The notes beneath the pieces were generated by a model. The model made no database searches. It was given only the letters and a program-made list of their open reading frames with translations, and was not told where the DNA came from. From Octopus vulgaris (taxonomy: Eukaryota): a DNA stretch of 64,000 nt. The position numbers and the translations under genes are program-made. Below are positions 1 to 13,620 of this stretch, piece after piece; positions within the stretch are counted from its first letter, which is position 1; each line of letters opens with the position of its first letter. The stretch is from NCBI GenBank assembly GCA_951406725.2, contig OX597826.1, positions 18,104,001-18,168,000 on the forward strand, read 5' to 3'.

Positions 1-53
1 ATTCACACATTGATGGTCACATCTACCATTGTCCTCCTGACATTCATTCAAGT
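1..53 (-). CDS. Exon, cbEGF module, truncated by window edge
   Basis: ggtttctgtag|AC TTG AAT GAA TGT...; (D)LNECQEDNGRCDHQCVN runs off position 1. Confidence 0.9.
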
Positions 54-194
54 CTACAGAAACCACACAAGAGCATATTAGAATAGCTCCCGTAGAGGGG
101 GCATTAACACAATACATATATGCGTGTGTGTGTGTGTATGTGTATGTGTGTACATATATATATATTAGACAGACAGATAGACAGACAGACAGTA

Positions 195-305
<111 letters not shown>

Positions 306-639
306 CAGATCGATGTAGGTAAGGTTTTAACTGGAAAACTTTCTACATTATTAATACTGTGTTACTGTGTTGATATACATTTATCATTATTTGTTTCATT
401 GATATCAAGAAATTCACTGAAAATTATATTGAAATGTCTGTTGCTAAGAAGGTATTAGTGGGAGATAACACACAGACACAAACATCAATATTGATTTCTT
501 TTAACTAGACCTAAGACCCTTTACGTAGAATATAAGAATAGGCAATTTAATTGACTCCAGTATATCACTTGTACTATTGCAAAAAAAAAAAAAAAGAAAA
601 ATACAAAAAAAAAAGCTACTTATAGGGAGATTTGAACTT

Positions 640-703
<64 letters not shown>

Positions 704-1361
704 CAACAGCAACAAGCCACACTAGATACTGTAAATAAATTTCTGGCATTTTATTTTTGCATCAGTTCTATGTCTGTCATGTAAAACAATAGCTACACTA
801 CTTATCATTACTTTTTACAAACACAAATACTTCTAAAACTATACAAATTAGGTTATATTTGCTGTCATAGAGAAAGGTGTTAGAAGGAGATGTCTGTGAG
901 CATATCTATTGTGACTATCTGTGAAATTTGTACAATTCCTCTGCAGAAAGAAACTAACAGAAGAAAATAATATAAAGGGGGCAAAATATAAAAAGAAAGG
1001 AAAGGAAATCCATATAAAGACCAGAAGCTGATTTTTAGCAGAGAGTCAGTGGCCAGGTCACAGAAGTGTGACAGAACTTTTTGACAAGTCATTATAATAA
1101 ATATAAAGTAAATATAATAGTTTTTGTATGTTCTCCTTTGGCCAAATTGACTGCTGCATGACATAATTGATCATAGGAAAGGAGGTTCATCGTGATAGAC
1201 CACACAAGATCCAGTGCTATTTGTTGACACAATGTGTTTTGTAACAGAATACGATTAGCACTAATGATATGCTTAACGCAATTGTTACAACTGTCATAAT
1301 CATTATTATCGACTAAGTTGAGGTTATGAGCAATGGTGGCTTGAGGTTGATTCTGAACAAT

Positions 1362-1451
1362 CTGAACAGTTACTTCTGAAAAGCTCCCAGATTAGGAACT
1401 ATAAACCTGAGCAGTCACTTCTGAAAAGCTCCCAGATTAGGAACTATAAAC
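1362..1451. repeat. 45-bp tandem duplication
   Basis: ctga(a/g)cagt(t/c)acttctgaaaagctcccagattaggaactataaac twice (1362-1406, 1407-1451). Confidence 0.9.
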
Positions 1452-3261
1452 AACTTAACAAAAGTCCTTGGCATAGCAATGCTCAGGCATGGAAACATTA
1501 ACAGCTGATTCTGACTGGGATGCATGCAGTGGGATAAAAGCCATCCTGCATGCCATTGTTCCGTTTTTATGCATTAGTGACTTGTGTTGAACAGCTGCTG
1601 TTGCACGGAGGATGAATCTGGTTGTCCAGCAAGTCTATTGTGAAGCTTGATGTGTCACCTTCCTTTGGCAGGGAAGAGAAGCAAATCTCTCTGTTTGTTG
1701 CCTGTGGCAAAAAAGATCTTTTGATGAACTCATCTGAAAGATTTCAGATAGGCCCCTTTGTAAGTGGTAAAGCTCTTGTCAACCTCTATAATTACCATTT
1801 GAAGGGGAAGACAAGGATAGAGAGGGAAGATCTGCTTTGTAGTGTATTTTTTAAAATGGCCAGACTGGCAAGTGCAATGGAGTTACCCTGAGTATACTTT
1901 TCTAAGTGAGAAAAAAGAAATTGGGAGAGGGTACTTTTGATGCCTTGGTAATGGAAAAGTAACCCAGGCTTCTTTGTGAGGAGATTCCCCAAATTACCCA
2001 AAGTGGACTATTGCAGAATTTTTTCTTGTTGAAGTTTTTATTGGAATTCTATTTTTTTGTATCTTTTGTTATATCTTTATTGTTGTTTACCTTCACCTTT
2101 TGTAAGTTTCTTCCTTCTTTTATAGTGTCCTCAACGTCTTGGGACATCGTGGCAAAAAGAAAACATTATCATTGCTGTTTTTGTTATCATCATCATCATC
2201 ATCATCATCATCGTTACTATTATTATTATTATTATTATTATTATTGGCTCTTGTAGAAGATACATGTTTCTACTTCTCTTTTGAGACATGACTTTATCCA
2301 AGCATTGCCAAATTTTCTTTGGAGTACTTGCCAAAAAGAATTTTAATTACCTGAGAATAGTCAACCCTCTCAAAAAGTGTGGTTTTATAGTTTATTTTAG
2401 TTCATTAAACATGTTGGTCACATTTCACATCCAACATGTTTACCAGATAAAAACATAATACAAGACAAAACATTGTGAATGCAAACAGGGTGAAAAAGCC
2501 AGACCAAAATAACACCACAAAATGAACAGAAAGAAGAAAATAATAACAACTGATAGCAAAAAATATTTCCTAATGTCAAATAAATAATTCTGAAGACAGC
2601 AATAACAACTACAACAATGACAATTGCACATATTGTGCAATTGTTCATAAAGCGGCAGCATTAAATCTAATATTGCCTTAGCTGCAAGACAGACAGTTTT
2701 TTAGCTGCAAGACATGGTGTGGTCATGTATTTAAAGCAGGGATGATAAGAGGAAACATATGGTTAGTGGTATCAGAATGGATTTACAAGTCCTAATGCCT
2801 CCAAAAGACTACAAAATTTTACTATAACTATGCTGAGTGAGGGCACGGATACAGAGGGCCTGAGTTTGATGGTACAAGGCAAATGTCCTGTTTCCACATA
2901 AGTTGTGAAAAAAACCCCAAAATCCTCAAAGCTCAAAATAACTGGAAAGATTTGGCAAGAAAATGAAATGAACATCAACAGAAGCTAGCGAGAGCCAGAA
3001 GCTCGAGCATCAACAGTCACAGCTCTGGGAATGACAAAGGTACACAGTCCTAGAAACAAGGGAGCAGATTCTCTATCCCTAAAGAGAGTAGCAACCAGCA
3101 GCATCCTCCATTATCTTGTGATGAGGAAGACATAATGGCTGCAGGGGAAAATATTCAATTGTTGGTGTGTATCATTGTGGGGATCACAAAAGAAAAGTTA
3201 ATACAAAACAATGAAAGTGTGTCGGGAGGAACAGGTTTATCATCAAAATAATAAGGAAGAA

Positions 3262-3460
3262 GATGGTGCCACATAAAAAGCACCCATTACACTCTATAAA
3301 GTAGCTGGCATTAGGAAGAGCATCCAGTTCTATAAACCAAGCCAAAACAGAAAACGGAACCTGGTGTAGCAGCTGGTCTTGCCAGCTTCTGTCAAGCCAT
3401 CCAACACATGCCAGCATAAAAAACAGACATTAAATGTTGATGATGATGATGATGATGATG
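3262..3460 (+). mobile_element. RTE-tail SINE/short copy (others: 9401-9600 -, 20113-20330 -, 25520-25735 +, 27398-27455 -, 31920-32295 +, 51366-51975 -, 56810-56985 -)
   Basis: Same ggcatccag...ccatgccagcat..aaa..gac.ttaaa(tga)n tail as the RTE LINE at 37900-38816. Confidence 0.75.
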
Positions 3461-3838
3461 GAGAAGAAGATGATGAACTAAAATTCACTGCTCTTTGAAA
3501 ATCTAATGACAGCTAATAGAAAAAAGATCATGTGTCTGTGGTGTCATGGATCTCCCAATGAGATAGAAGTGACAATGTTGCAGTCGGGTTTGAAATACAG
3601 AAAACACACGAAGGACAGCTTGTTAATAGAAACAAAACAAAACATTATAAATAACTGATTCAGCTCTATTGTAAAGACACAAATCTTATCTTTTCCTACA
3701 CTCTCAGTATAAGATAGTAGGAAGACTACTAACATGATCCTAGTGCTGGATATGGTACTAATTACTGGGAGTAGGTATATTAGTCGGAAGGTAGATAAGT
3801 GCATTTTTTCAAAAGGCTGAAATTGCTGCTATACTTAC

Positions 3839-3961
3839 CAGAACAAGTATGTCCATTTTTGCGCAATCTATAACCAGCTGTGCAGTTGCAACTATAGCCA
3901 CCCAGTTCATTAACGCATATCTGGTTGCATTTACCATTGTTTTCTTCACACTCATTGATGT
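3839..3961 (-). CDS. Exon, cbEGF module
   Basis: ccatatctag|AC...TCT G|gtaagt; 123 nt; (D)INECEENNGKCNQICVNELGGYSCNCTAGYRLRKNGHTCS. Not in the ORF track. Confidence 0.95.
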
Positions 3962-4591
3962 CTAGATATGGTATAATGGTATAAAAGTTGACAACATAAA
4001 AATGGTAGTTTTTGGTATACTAATCAACTGGTGTGATGTTTATAATATACGATGATGCGGTTGAAAAGAAAATCATGAAAGTGATATATTTATAAGATGG
4101 TATGATGGCAAAGAAATATGATACTCATATTGGGATACAGTGGTCTAACAATATGAATATAATACAGTAACAAGTGAAAATAAAGGCTTACAGGAGTACA
4201 GTGCATCACAGGTATTGTGGTATGGAAAAGGATAAAAGTATAAAATTTTAAAATGGCAAAATATCAAGAAGACATATTCTATGAAAATAGTTACAGAAGT
4301 TTTTTGCACATTTATGGGCTGATCAAATCATACCACAATGGAGAGAAGGGATCAAATCACACTGCAATAATGTAGTCAGATGAAGTTTCAATAGAATTGT
4401 TAAATTATGGTATTATTTTGTAATCAGTTTAAGAGATAATCAAATAGATATGCACCATGGAGTATCTAGATCGATTTACTTTGAAGTAGACATATCAAGA
4501 AATAACAGAACACAGCATGATAAAATCGATTGATTGAATAAAGAATTTTATAGAATGGTCAAGTGAATGGAATAAATCATGAAATACTTAC

Positions 4592-4786
4592 CTCTACAAG
4601 TGATATTATGTCCTGACCAAGAGCCAGTCTTCAAGCATACTACCATTGAAGGACCTTCCATATTAAAACCTTTTAAACAATTTATGTGACATCTTTGGCC
4701 AAACTTTAATCTTCGATTTCTCTGGCATAAGTGGTTTTTTATTACTGCGTGTTGAGGAACTTCAAAACTTTCGCACCCATCACTTG
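4592..4786 (-). CDS. Exon, sushi/CCP module
   Basis: tcatatgcag|CA...AGA G|gtaagt; 195 nt, phase 1-1; (P)SDGCESFEVPQHAVIKNHLCQRNRRLKFGQRCHINCLKGFNMEGPSMVVCLKTGSWSGHNITCR contains the CCP C..GF...G.....C...G.WS.....C motif. Confidence 0.92.
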
Positions 4787-5199
4787 CTGCATATGACATT
4801 TTAAAAGCCAGAAAAAAAGATAGTTAAAGAGCTTTATATGATACAGAACTTATTGTATTTTGGATGCATGCAGGAAGTTTTATGATTGTTAGAATAAAGA
4901 GATAGCACCCACTATATTTTCAGACAGTCTGAGAATGTGGGATATTGACAACTGGGTGAGATTAAAGTGGTTCATGTTTTGCTTGAATGACGACAAGCTG
5001 ACAGAAGAAGCATAGAAATATGAAGAGAGATTAATGGTACTTCAATGATTGTAATGAATATATATATATACATACATAAATTTATATAAATAAGGATAAG
5101 ATCATTATTTAAAATACCGATCATATCAAGTGGCTGGCATGGGAATAAAAACTTCATAGGTAATAGTTATTAATAATTAACAATAATAATTATATATGT

Positions 5200-5252
<53 letters not shown>

Positions 5253-5344
5253 AATATATATATATATATATATATAATATATATATATATATATACATAT
5301 ATATAAATATATATAAATACATATATATATACATATACGAACAT

Positions 5345-5404
<60 letters not shown>

Positions 5405-5421
5405 CATATATATACACATAT

Positions 5422-6612
5422 ATACAAGATCTGTCCAGAAAGAAACCATTTGATAAAGCAAGCTCATGACACCAGTTTTGTGATTAGGTGACCTTGACCT
5501 TCAATCTAATAATAGTCACATGACACTATATAAGTTGGTCATTGAGCTATGTATGCTGGACTAAATATGTATTTAGTATACTTGGTAATTTGTCACAAGT
5601 TAAACAATGAATGATTTGAAAGAGAATAACGAAGAATTTGTGGGAATTTCGGTTTAAAACTGGAAAAAAACAAGTTGTGTCTTCAAGAGACACAAAGAGA
5701 CACAACATGATGTCGATGGGGGATTGTTTGAACTGCACAGAATTCACAATTGGTGCAGCTGTTTCAGAGAGTACATCCATCAAAAAGGATGCATGACAAC
5801 AGATAGGAAAAGTATGTACTGTGATCTGTGAAAATTATTGTCTAACTGCCTGGAGAATTTCCAATGATTTAGATATGAGACATCTGTACTACATGATTTA
5901 AAAAAATTGAAGATGCATCACATTGCCTTCAGAATCTGCTGATGGAGGAGCAGTCAATTATGAGCTGTTTGATCAGCAGAATGTAGCTAAAACTGTTTTT
6001 GAAAAGTATCAGAGCAGGTAACAAAATGTGGCTGTAAAGTTATGATGTTGAAACAAAGAGGCAATCATCAGAGTGAACTGGATCATCCTTGCCCCATGAA
6101 CAGAAAAAATAAAGGATTTCAAAGTGATATTGGTTGTCTTTTTGAATGGAAGGTAGTCAATCAACGAGGAGCTGAATGTCCTGAGGTGTTTGAGAGAAAC
6201 TGTGTGAAGGTAGAAGCCTGAGGTATGGAGAAACAACACCCGAAAGCTGCACCCTGGTCACACACTTGCTCATGGGCTATTTATCACCCACAACTTTTTG
6301 ACAAGTCACATGGTAATCATTATCTCCTAGCTACCCTTCTTTCCAGATTTGATCGCTGAAGAGTTTTTGGTTTTGTTTCCAAAGCTGTTTCCAAAATATC
6401 TAAAAAAATTTGTTATGAGGACGGTGCACTACATTTGAAAATAAGTTCCAGGCTGTGTTCCAAAATTGGAAAAACAAACCCATTGTGATTGCTTAATCAA
6501 GAGTTGAGAGAAATATTTTGAAGAAAATAAGTCTGGCTGAATTGTAAATAAAGCAATAAATTTATTTTAAAAAAGAAAAGAAAAAGTCCAGTTTAGTTTT
6601 TGGATAGAGCTC
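5422..6612 (+). mobile_element. Highly decayed mariner (DD34D-type) element
   Basis: Imperfect TIRs tacaagatctgtccagaaag ... tttttggatagagctc; relic peptides R*KPEVWRNN, a degenerate LHHDNAPAH-like segment and a PDL..E/F..LFPKL segment. Confidence 0.6.
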
Positions 6613-7472
6613 ACAGTGGATGAGGGAACAAGTATTATTATGAATTACATTATATTATATAATCATAAACAATATAATTTTAACTCCTCACAGACAGTAA
6701 TTGTGATAGTGTGTAACAGTGAAACTCTAGCAATGAAGATAGATCTATTATGAGTGGGAAATGAATAAAGCATGACCTGAAATGTTGGAAGGAATATAAA
6801 CGGTAAATGTGAGAGGGAATCACATATCAAAAGAATCCAGGGTTTGTGTCAACAACAGAATGTAATGCAGACGGCAAATTATGAAGAAAACAATCAGTAT
6901 GTATATTACATAATAAAGAAAGGAAAAGATTTTGATATTTCGTTTTGAGGAAGAAGATAGATAGAAAAAAATAGGGAAAGTGTGCATGTTGCACAGCCAA
7001 GTGATGTTGCAAAGTAACAGAGAGTATGGAGTGGGTGAATCTACCTGCAACACACTGAAGGGAATGGAGTAAATATAATCCATGGGGTAGTCAAAGTGTA
7101 CTCTCTCAAGTTAGACGTATGATGTATGTAAAGTGAGAAGCTACATAACTATCAATGTGTAATTGAAATTGTATGTTCAATGAACAGGTATTATATAGTA
7201 AATGAACAAATATAAACCAAATATATACCTGAGGAAAGACCAATCAAACTGTTCATCCATTCCTATACTTTTATCTGTAAAAGGAATAAATGAAAAGAGA
7301 TGCTTCTTTCCATAGATAGAACAGTGTTTTCTATGATCTTGGAGCATATAAAAGAGGACAATAAACAGATATTGATGAACTTAATAAGAATTCTGAAGTT
7401 GACACAGGTGAGAACTAAAGTTGGAAACCTCTCAATAAAAGTAAGAACAAGATGAAAACATAATTGACTCAC

Positions 7473-7595
7473 GTAGACAGGAATGGCCATTAGTTGATAA
7501 AGTATAACCTTCGTTACATGTGCAGTGAAAGCTACCTACATCATTGACACATTGATGACTGCAGTTACCATTGTTGAAATCACACTCATTGGTCT
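7473..7595 (-). CDS. Exon, cbEGF module
   Basis: ttttaactccacag|AG...CTA C|gtgagt; 123 nt; (E)TNECDFNNGNCSHQCVNDVGSFHCTCNEGYTLSTNGHSCL. Confidence 0.95.
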
Positions 7596-8260
7596 CTGTG
7601 GAGTTAAAACAACATTTCGTTTGATACATGAATATATCATTGTCAAATATTTGAATATAAAGTGTGTAGTAGAGACTTTGTATATTAGTGTTAGTTGTTA
7701 AATAGATGCTGACTGCATCTATTTAACAATACCATTTATATGTAGAACTAAGTACAAAGATATTTGATCAAAATTATTGTTCTGCTGATATTCTACCTGT
7801 TTCCATTGTCCTTCTTGTGAACTTTTTGTCCTATTTTAATTTAAAATATGTTATTCTTATTTCAAAGAAAGTAGGGAATTTACTGAGAGAGTTTTTTGCA
7901 GGTACAAACAGGTACAGAGAAGTTCTGTTTTTAGTTCCCATCACTATCTTGACACTTGTTAAAGTGTCATAAAGTGTCATTAACTCAAAGTAAATGATAC
8001 TGCAACCATTATGATCAGTTCTTATATCTATATGACAGGGTAACTATCATTCCAGGTAGTGGATATTTTAATCAGACTTCAGACATGAATAATATAATAT
8101 TTAAAGAATAAGTATACTACATATGTAAAGTGTTTTACATAATCTTTTGAGTCATTTATAAAGAATCTATGTATAAGGACGAAGCTTATTGTTCTATTTT
8201 CAAATCAACAAAACTGAGAAATAATTATGATTTCTATTTTACCATTTTCTGGTTGATATT

Positions 8261-8474
8261 GGTTTCAAATTTTGGCACAAGGCCAGAAATTTCAGGGAAG
8301 TACGTAAGTTGATTACATCAACCCCTATGCTCTACTGGTACTTATTTTATCAACCCCAAAAGGATAAAAGGCAAAGTTGACCTCAGCAGAATTTGAACTC
8401 AGAAAGTAAGGATGGATGAAATGCTGCTAAGCATTTTACCTGGTGTGCTAATGATTCTGCCAGCTCACTGGCTT
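8261..8474 (-). mobile_element. tRNA-derived SINE, family A
   Basis: Head gtgagctggcagaatc, B-box gagttcaaattc; 16-bp TSD ttttctggttga(t/g)att. Confidence 0.8.
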
Positions 8475-10040
8475 TTTTCTGGTTGAGATTAAGAGTGCTC
8501 TCTATCTATGAACAGTTGTCTTAAAAATTTATTCTGGTTTATTAATCACCATACCACTTATGTAATTACACTAAATTAAATTCTACAGTAGTTTTTGCTT
8601 CTCTGAAAATGTTGATTGTATATCATGCATGTAAGGACTGAGGCTATTCCCTAACCCAGACATCTCCTCCTCTAATCCCCAAGTTCATCTCCCTCGTTAA
8701 ACTTCAGTGTATTTGTCATTGTCTAACCTTAGGTCAGCCCTCATCAAGAGACCTATGATAAAAGACATTCCAGCTTTGACTATCATGTCTTTTCGAATAT
8801 CTAGGACTACACTGTTCAACATAGTCCTCCAGCTTAAGCTAGAAGGGTGGGATTTGAAGGAATTTTCCAGCTATTTCTAGCAGTAAAATGACCACGCAGA
8901 GGTTTCTTCATTAAACAGTGGTCCTTAAATAGATTGGAAAAAGTGAATGTGAGAAACAAGAATTAATAGTGAAAGTTGAGGAAAGGAAGTAACAAGAAGA
9001 AACTGAAGTTAATGGAAGGACAATGGCCACCTCTATCCATTTTCCAAGATTGCTAAAGAGTTCTTGGTGATATTATCTCCAGCTTCTGACGATTATCCTG
9101 CCTCTAGCATTTCTGTCTTTTGTTACCTTCGCCTCACCTTCCTTTAATCTTTTCTATTTACTGTTTTACTCCTTACACTCACTGCTTTCCACTGTGAATG
9201 AAATATACTCATGGTAAATAAATTGATTGGATTTGATTTCCTCTCCCATCAAGGAATGCTTCTACCAAAAGTTTTATACTTCTAATATTTCTCTCAGTTC
9301 ACTCCATTTTGCAAACATCTTGTACATTATTTGCTGATGAAGGAGATCATTATCAGTTTCCATGGAATCTATTGTACCTTGAACAATTAACCTAACCCTT
9401 CATCATCATCATCATCATTTAGTGTCTGTTTTCCGTGCTGGCATGGGTTGGACAGTTTGACTGGAACTGGTAAGCTGGAGAGCTGCACCAGGCTCCAGTC
9501 TTCTGTTTTGGAATGGTTTCTATGGCTGGATGTCCTTCCTAACACCCTCCATAGAGTGTACTGGGCATCTTTTACATCACACCAGCCCTGTCACTAGCAC
9601 TCTAGAATTTTTTATCTCCCCTAATCTTCAAAATATTTGATAGAACGTTAACTATATTCTTGTTCTTGTCTCAATGTCTGGGACATGCTCCAGAAAATGG
9701 CTGTATGGTATTTCATTGGTTAACTAATAAATATAAAATGCATTCACATAACAAACCCAGTTTCAAAACTGATCAAGTCTTTATTAAATAATGTGTCTGA
9801 TAAAAAGACAAAATCAGTCATGACAAGATAAGCCTTGATCATAGATCTGGTCAGATGTGGCTGGCCTGAGTTGAAACAATAATATGTACAACAGTTATTG
9901 TATGCACTTCAGCATCTACATGTAAACTAAATCAAACTCAGATGACCATCTTTAGGGACTGTCACGAAGAGGTGAGTCTTAACAAAATCTTATTGAATCA
10001 TATTTACAAACTCTTCCAAAATCATCATAAAATGGCTTAC

Positions 10041-10166
10041 CCTCACAAGTATACCTGTCGCCATACAACATGCGAAATCCTTCATTGCAGTCACATTTAT
10101 GGCTACCAATTGTATTGATACAGACCTGATTGCATTTCCCATTGTTTTCAGCACATTCATCAATAT
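10041..10166 (-). CDS. Exon, cbEGF module
   Basis: atcattttag|AT...GAG G|gtaagc; 126 nt; (D)[41 protein letters not shown]. Confidence 0.95.
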
Positions 10167-10512
10167 CTAAAATGATAACAGGGATCAATTGTAAGGGATT
10201 CAGCTTGACTGAGTTGATTAGTGAAAAAGGTTTGTTATTTGAATCACTGCTCAAACAGTTACCTTTCAAAGGTCCATTCTGTCTAGCAGCAAATAAAGGT
10301 CATAAAGAAACACATATCAGCTACACAAGAGCAACAGAGGTTACACTTTCTCATGGTTCTGAACTCAAATCCTTCCTCCCTTCTAAATTATTGCACATGA
10401 CTTCAAATCAAAGTAATTTCATATAAGTACACTTGTTTTTATTGGATATTTTGTTGACTTTGACAGATATTTTTCATAACTCATTGCACATATTGAGGGA
10501 GTTTGTCTAGGT

Positions 10513-10765
10513 CAGCAGTTCTGAACCAAGGTCCATATGACCCTTGGTGGGGGTCTGTATAAGGTTTTGTTGTTAAAATTTATGTGCAACGCATTAGTTA
10601 TACTTCTACAATATATAAAAAATTTTAACATTTTTATGCAGTTCCTAATATTTAATTATAAAAATATGATAAAGGATTTTAAAAAAGAAAAAAACTATGA
10701 AGGTCCACTGAAATAAAATAGGAATCAAAGGAGTCCATAAGTAAAAAAATGGTGGAGAAGCATTG
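10513..10765. mobile_element. hAT (Charlie-like) MITE
   Basis: TIRs cagcagttctgaacc / ggtggagaagcattg; 8-bp TSD gtctaggt (10505-10512) / gtttaggt (10766-10773). Confidence 0.7.
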
Positions 10766-11323
10766 GTTTAGGTCAAGTGGGGCTTGCTCTCTAGGTAATG
10801 TATTTAAGTCAAGCCAGGCTTGATCTCCATGCAGTGTGTCAAGATCAAGTCTACAACAATGAACAATATCACCTCCGGCTTCACATATTTACAACTATAA
10901 GAACTAAACTATAGAGTTATGTGTGTTTGGGATAAATGCAGTTCAACAACGGTGCAGAGACTCAAACTGTTAAATGCTTAGCTAGAAAGGCAGCATTCTA
11001 TGACAACACATTTTGACGACTTTAGAAATACCACATCCTTGACATCAGAATAAAACATTTTCAAAGGAGTTAGTTATGACTGAATAACTAGTAACTTACC
11101 AACACATTCTGAACTACTGTTGCTTTTGAGTTGGAAGCCACTATAACAATAACAGTATGGCTCGTCTTGACTAAGTTTACAGTACTGGGAGCAGTTTAGA
11201 CCGATTTGCAGACATGGATGGATATCTGTTAAAACAAATTCATAGATATTCAGTCATAAATATATATGTATGTGTCAGTTTTATTTCAAGATTTGTATGT
11301 ATGTATGTATGTTTGTTTGTTTG

Positions 11324-11368
<45 letters not shown>

Positions 11369-11433
11369 CACATATATACATATGTGTGTGTGTATATATA
11401 TATATATGTGTGTGTGTGTGTATATATATGTGC

Positions 11434-11482
<49 letters not shown>

Positions 11483-11495
<13 letters not shown>

Positions 11496-11889
11496 ATAAG
11501 GGTAGAATTTGATATTAATCAATTAAAACCAGTGGCATAGCATATTTTTAAAGAATCCGAAGATTAAAAATTGTTTTACATACAAAATTTAGAGGACTGA
11601 CCACTAAATGTGACAGCCTATATAAACATAGACGTCTGTAAATTGTTTTGTAAACGACAGACTATGCTGATGATCTTGCAGACGTTTGTGTGTCCATATA
11701 CATAAATATTAACAAGTGAAACCAATAGTACTTAGGTAATCGTTTTTAGTTCGTATATTTTCATTTGTCTTGATTATTTTTACATTTTGGTTTCTTTGCT
11801 GAGATTTGTATTATATATATATAAAATTAAATAATGGTAGCATATAGGCTGTCCACTTTTAGTGGTCAGTCCTCTAAATTTTGTATGTA
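11483..11889. mobile_element. Non-autonomous element with inverted arms around a hammerhead (Penelope pseudo-LTR-like)
   Basis: About 47-bp inverted repeat 11577-11623 / 11842-11889 plus direct repeat tatataaaattaaataa(g/t)ggtag at about 11482 and 11818; embedded in (TA)n. Confidence 0.5.
11652..11745 (+). ncRNA. Degenerate type I hammerhead ribozyme
   Basis: CTGATGA at 11667-11673, stem II CTTG/CAAG with an inner TTTGTGTGT/ATACATAAA hairpin, GAAAC at 11718, GTA at 11728-11730, stem I AAACGA..CTATG / CTTAG..TCGTTT. The first stem II pair is T.T, so it is probably inactive. Confidence 0.5.
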
Positions 11890-12552
11890 TGTATATATAG
11901 ATATATATATATGCATATGAACAACGATGTGTCTTTGCAATCGCTCTCAGATGGATGAGGTCAACTCTTTTGACATTCAGGTGTGATATTCAGTCCTGTC
12001 TGTAGAATTCCCAATGCATAGTAGTTATACAGAGGAGGATGTTTAGTGTAAGGTTTGTAGTGTAAAACAGAATAGGAGTGTTGGAAGGAGGAGAATTCGA
12101 TGCAAGAAATAACTTTTGGAAAAGATAGTATTTTTTTATGGTTTAGTTAAAAGAGGAAGGGTAACATAAGTGCTGAGCAATGAGACTGAACTCAAAGCCA
12201 CATCGTTATGAAACAAAATTCTTAACCAGACCTGCTGTATAGATTTTAATAGTTTATAGAAACAGAAGTTATTAAGAGAAGAGACAGAAATGGTAAACAG
12301 GAGATCATAAGTGAGAAATTTGGGGAGGCAGTAGATATGTTTGAAGTGATTATTAATGTCAAGGGCAACATCACATTCACTGAAGAACAAGAGACCACTG
12401 GTGTGTGATGTAGGACAGTGGCTTTCCTGAAGATTCTGTGGTCAAGGAATAGAAAGTTAAGATGACAGAATGGTTGGTTGGTTGGTTGGTTGGTTGTTCA
12501 TGGTTATTTTCACTATTTTAGATGTGTTGTCAATGAAGGTAATTGGGGGTGA

Positions 12553-12874
12553 AGGCATGTGGATTAGTGGTTAGAGCATTTGGCTCACGATTGCAAGGTC
12601 GTGAGTTCAATTCCAAGTGGCATGTTATGTCCTTGAGCAAAACACTTTGTTTCACATTGCTCCAGTCCACTCAGCTAGCAAAATGAGTGGTACCTGTAAT
12701 TGAGAGATGTCAACCTTGTCATAATCAGTGTCACACTGAATCTCCCTGAGAACTATGTTAAGGGTACACATGTCTGTGGAGTGTTCAGCCACTTGTATTT
12801 TAATTTCATGAGCAGGCTGTTCCATTGATTGGATCAACTGGGACCCGTGTCATCATAAGCAACGGGGTGCCAGT
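12553..12874 (+). mobile_element. tRNA-derived SINE, family B (other copies about 25812-26060 and 29587-29825)
   Basis: A-box tggattagtgg, B-box gagttcaattcc, shared core ttgctccagtccactcagct; TSD taattgggg(g)tga. Confidence 0.8.
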
Positions 12875-13199
12875 TAATTGGGGTGATATTTTGGCAGGAC
12901 CTGAACAGCTGCACATTTTTAGGCTCTGACACTTTTACATGGCTTTTCCAGATGAGAGATATCCATCAACAGGTAATATGACTGCTTAACTTTTGAACAT
13001 GTATGAAAGAAATGGCAGTTGTGATGTTCATTCTTCTAAAATAAGGCAGCATTGAATTGTGTGTGTGAAGTCAAGGAGTTACCAATAATTTGAAAGGTTA
13101 CATGACATTCTATCTTCCAATACTTCTGTGAATGCGAAGAATTACAGCCAAATTCTCATCCTTTTATTTCTTTTATTCGATTGGTCTGAAGAATGACTG

Positions 13200-13620
13200 T
13201 GCACAAGACATTCAGATGTCCTGCAGTACTGGTGAGATGAGCAAAGTTAAATAAAGGAAAAGACATATGCTGGGAGGAGGAATACCACAGGATAAGTATT
13301 ACAGGGAGAAAGAACGGAGTGTAGGGATTAGTGCAAAACCTGAGGCTGAGGACATAATATGGGTGATGTAAGGAGGAGAGGTGAGTGTCAAGAATACTTG
13401 AGTGGATCTGACATGAAGGGAGCCAGGAAGAGCAGAGGCAAGTGTAGTAGCAGTAGAAAAGGGAGAGGGAGGAAACACAGCACACCTGTGAGTCAGAAGC
13501 TGGAGTATGTTGATGAGTAATTTTATGCCAATCAAGTAAATGGCTTCTTTGAATGCAGAATTGGAGGGGAGCCTGTGGAGTGCTGTTGGGATTTAGTGTG
13601 GAAGAAGAAATACAGGTTAG
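13200..13620 (-). mobile_element. L2/Crack-like LINE 3' fragment (similar fragments near 56330-56760 and 59100-59400, minus)
   Basis: LINILQLLTHRCAV / VSSLSLFYCYYTCLCSS; near 59.2 kb PRMSTIWNYLP. Confidence 0.55.

Noticed and set aside
1500-2150. Higher-complexity segment with 69-89 aa ORFs
   Set aside because: No recognisable domain or splice-compatible frame; probably an unassignable TE fragment.
9325-9395. Third hammerhead-like motif CTGATGA-agg...cctt-GAAC
   Set aside because: GAAA box incomplete, no stem III/NUH and no stem I partner; at best a dead relic.
12553-12625. tRNA gene-like A/B boxes (also in other SINE heads)
   Set aside because: No cloverleaf; continuous with SINE bodies and flanked by TSDs.
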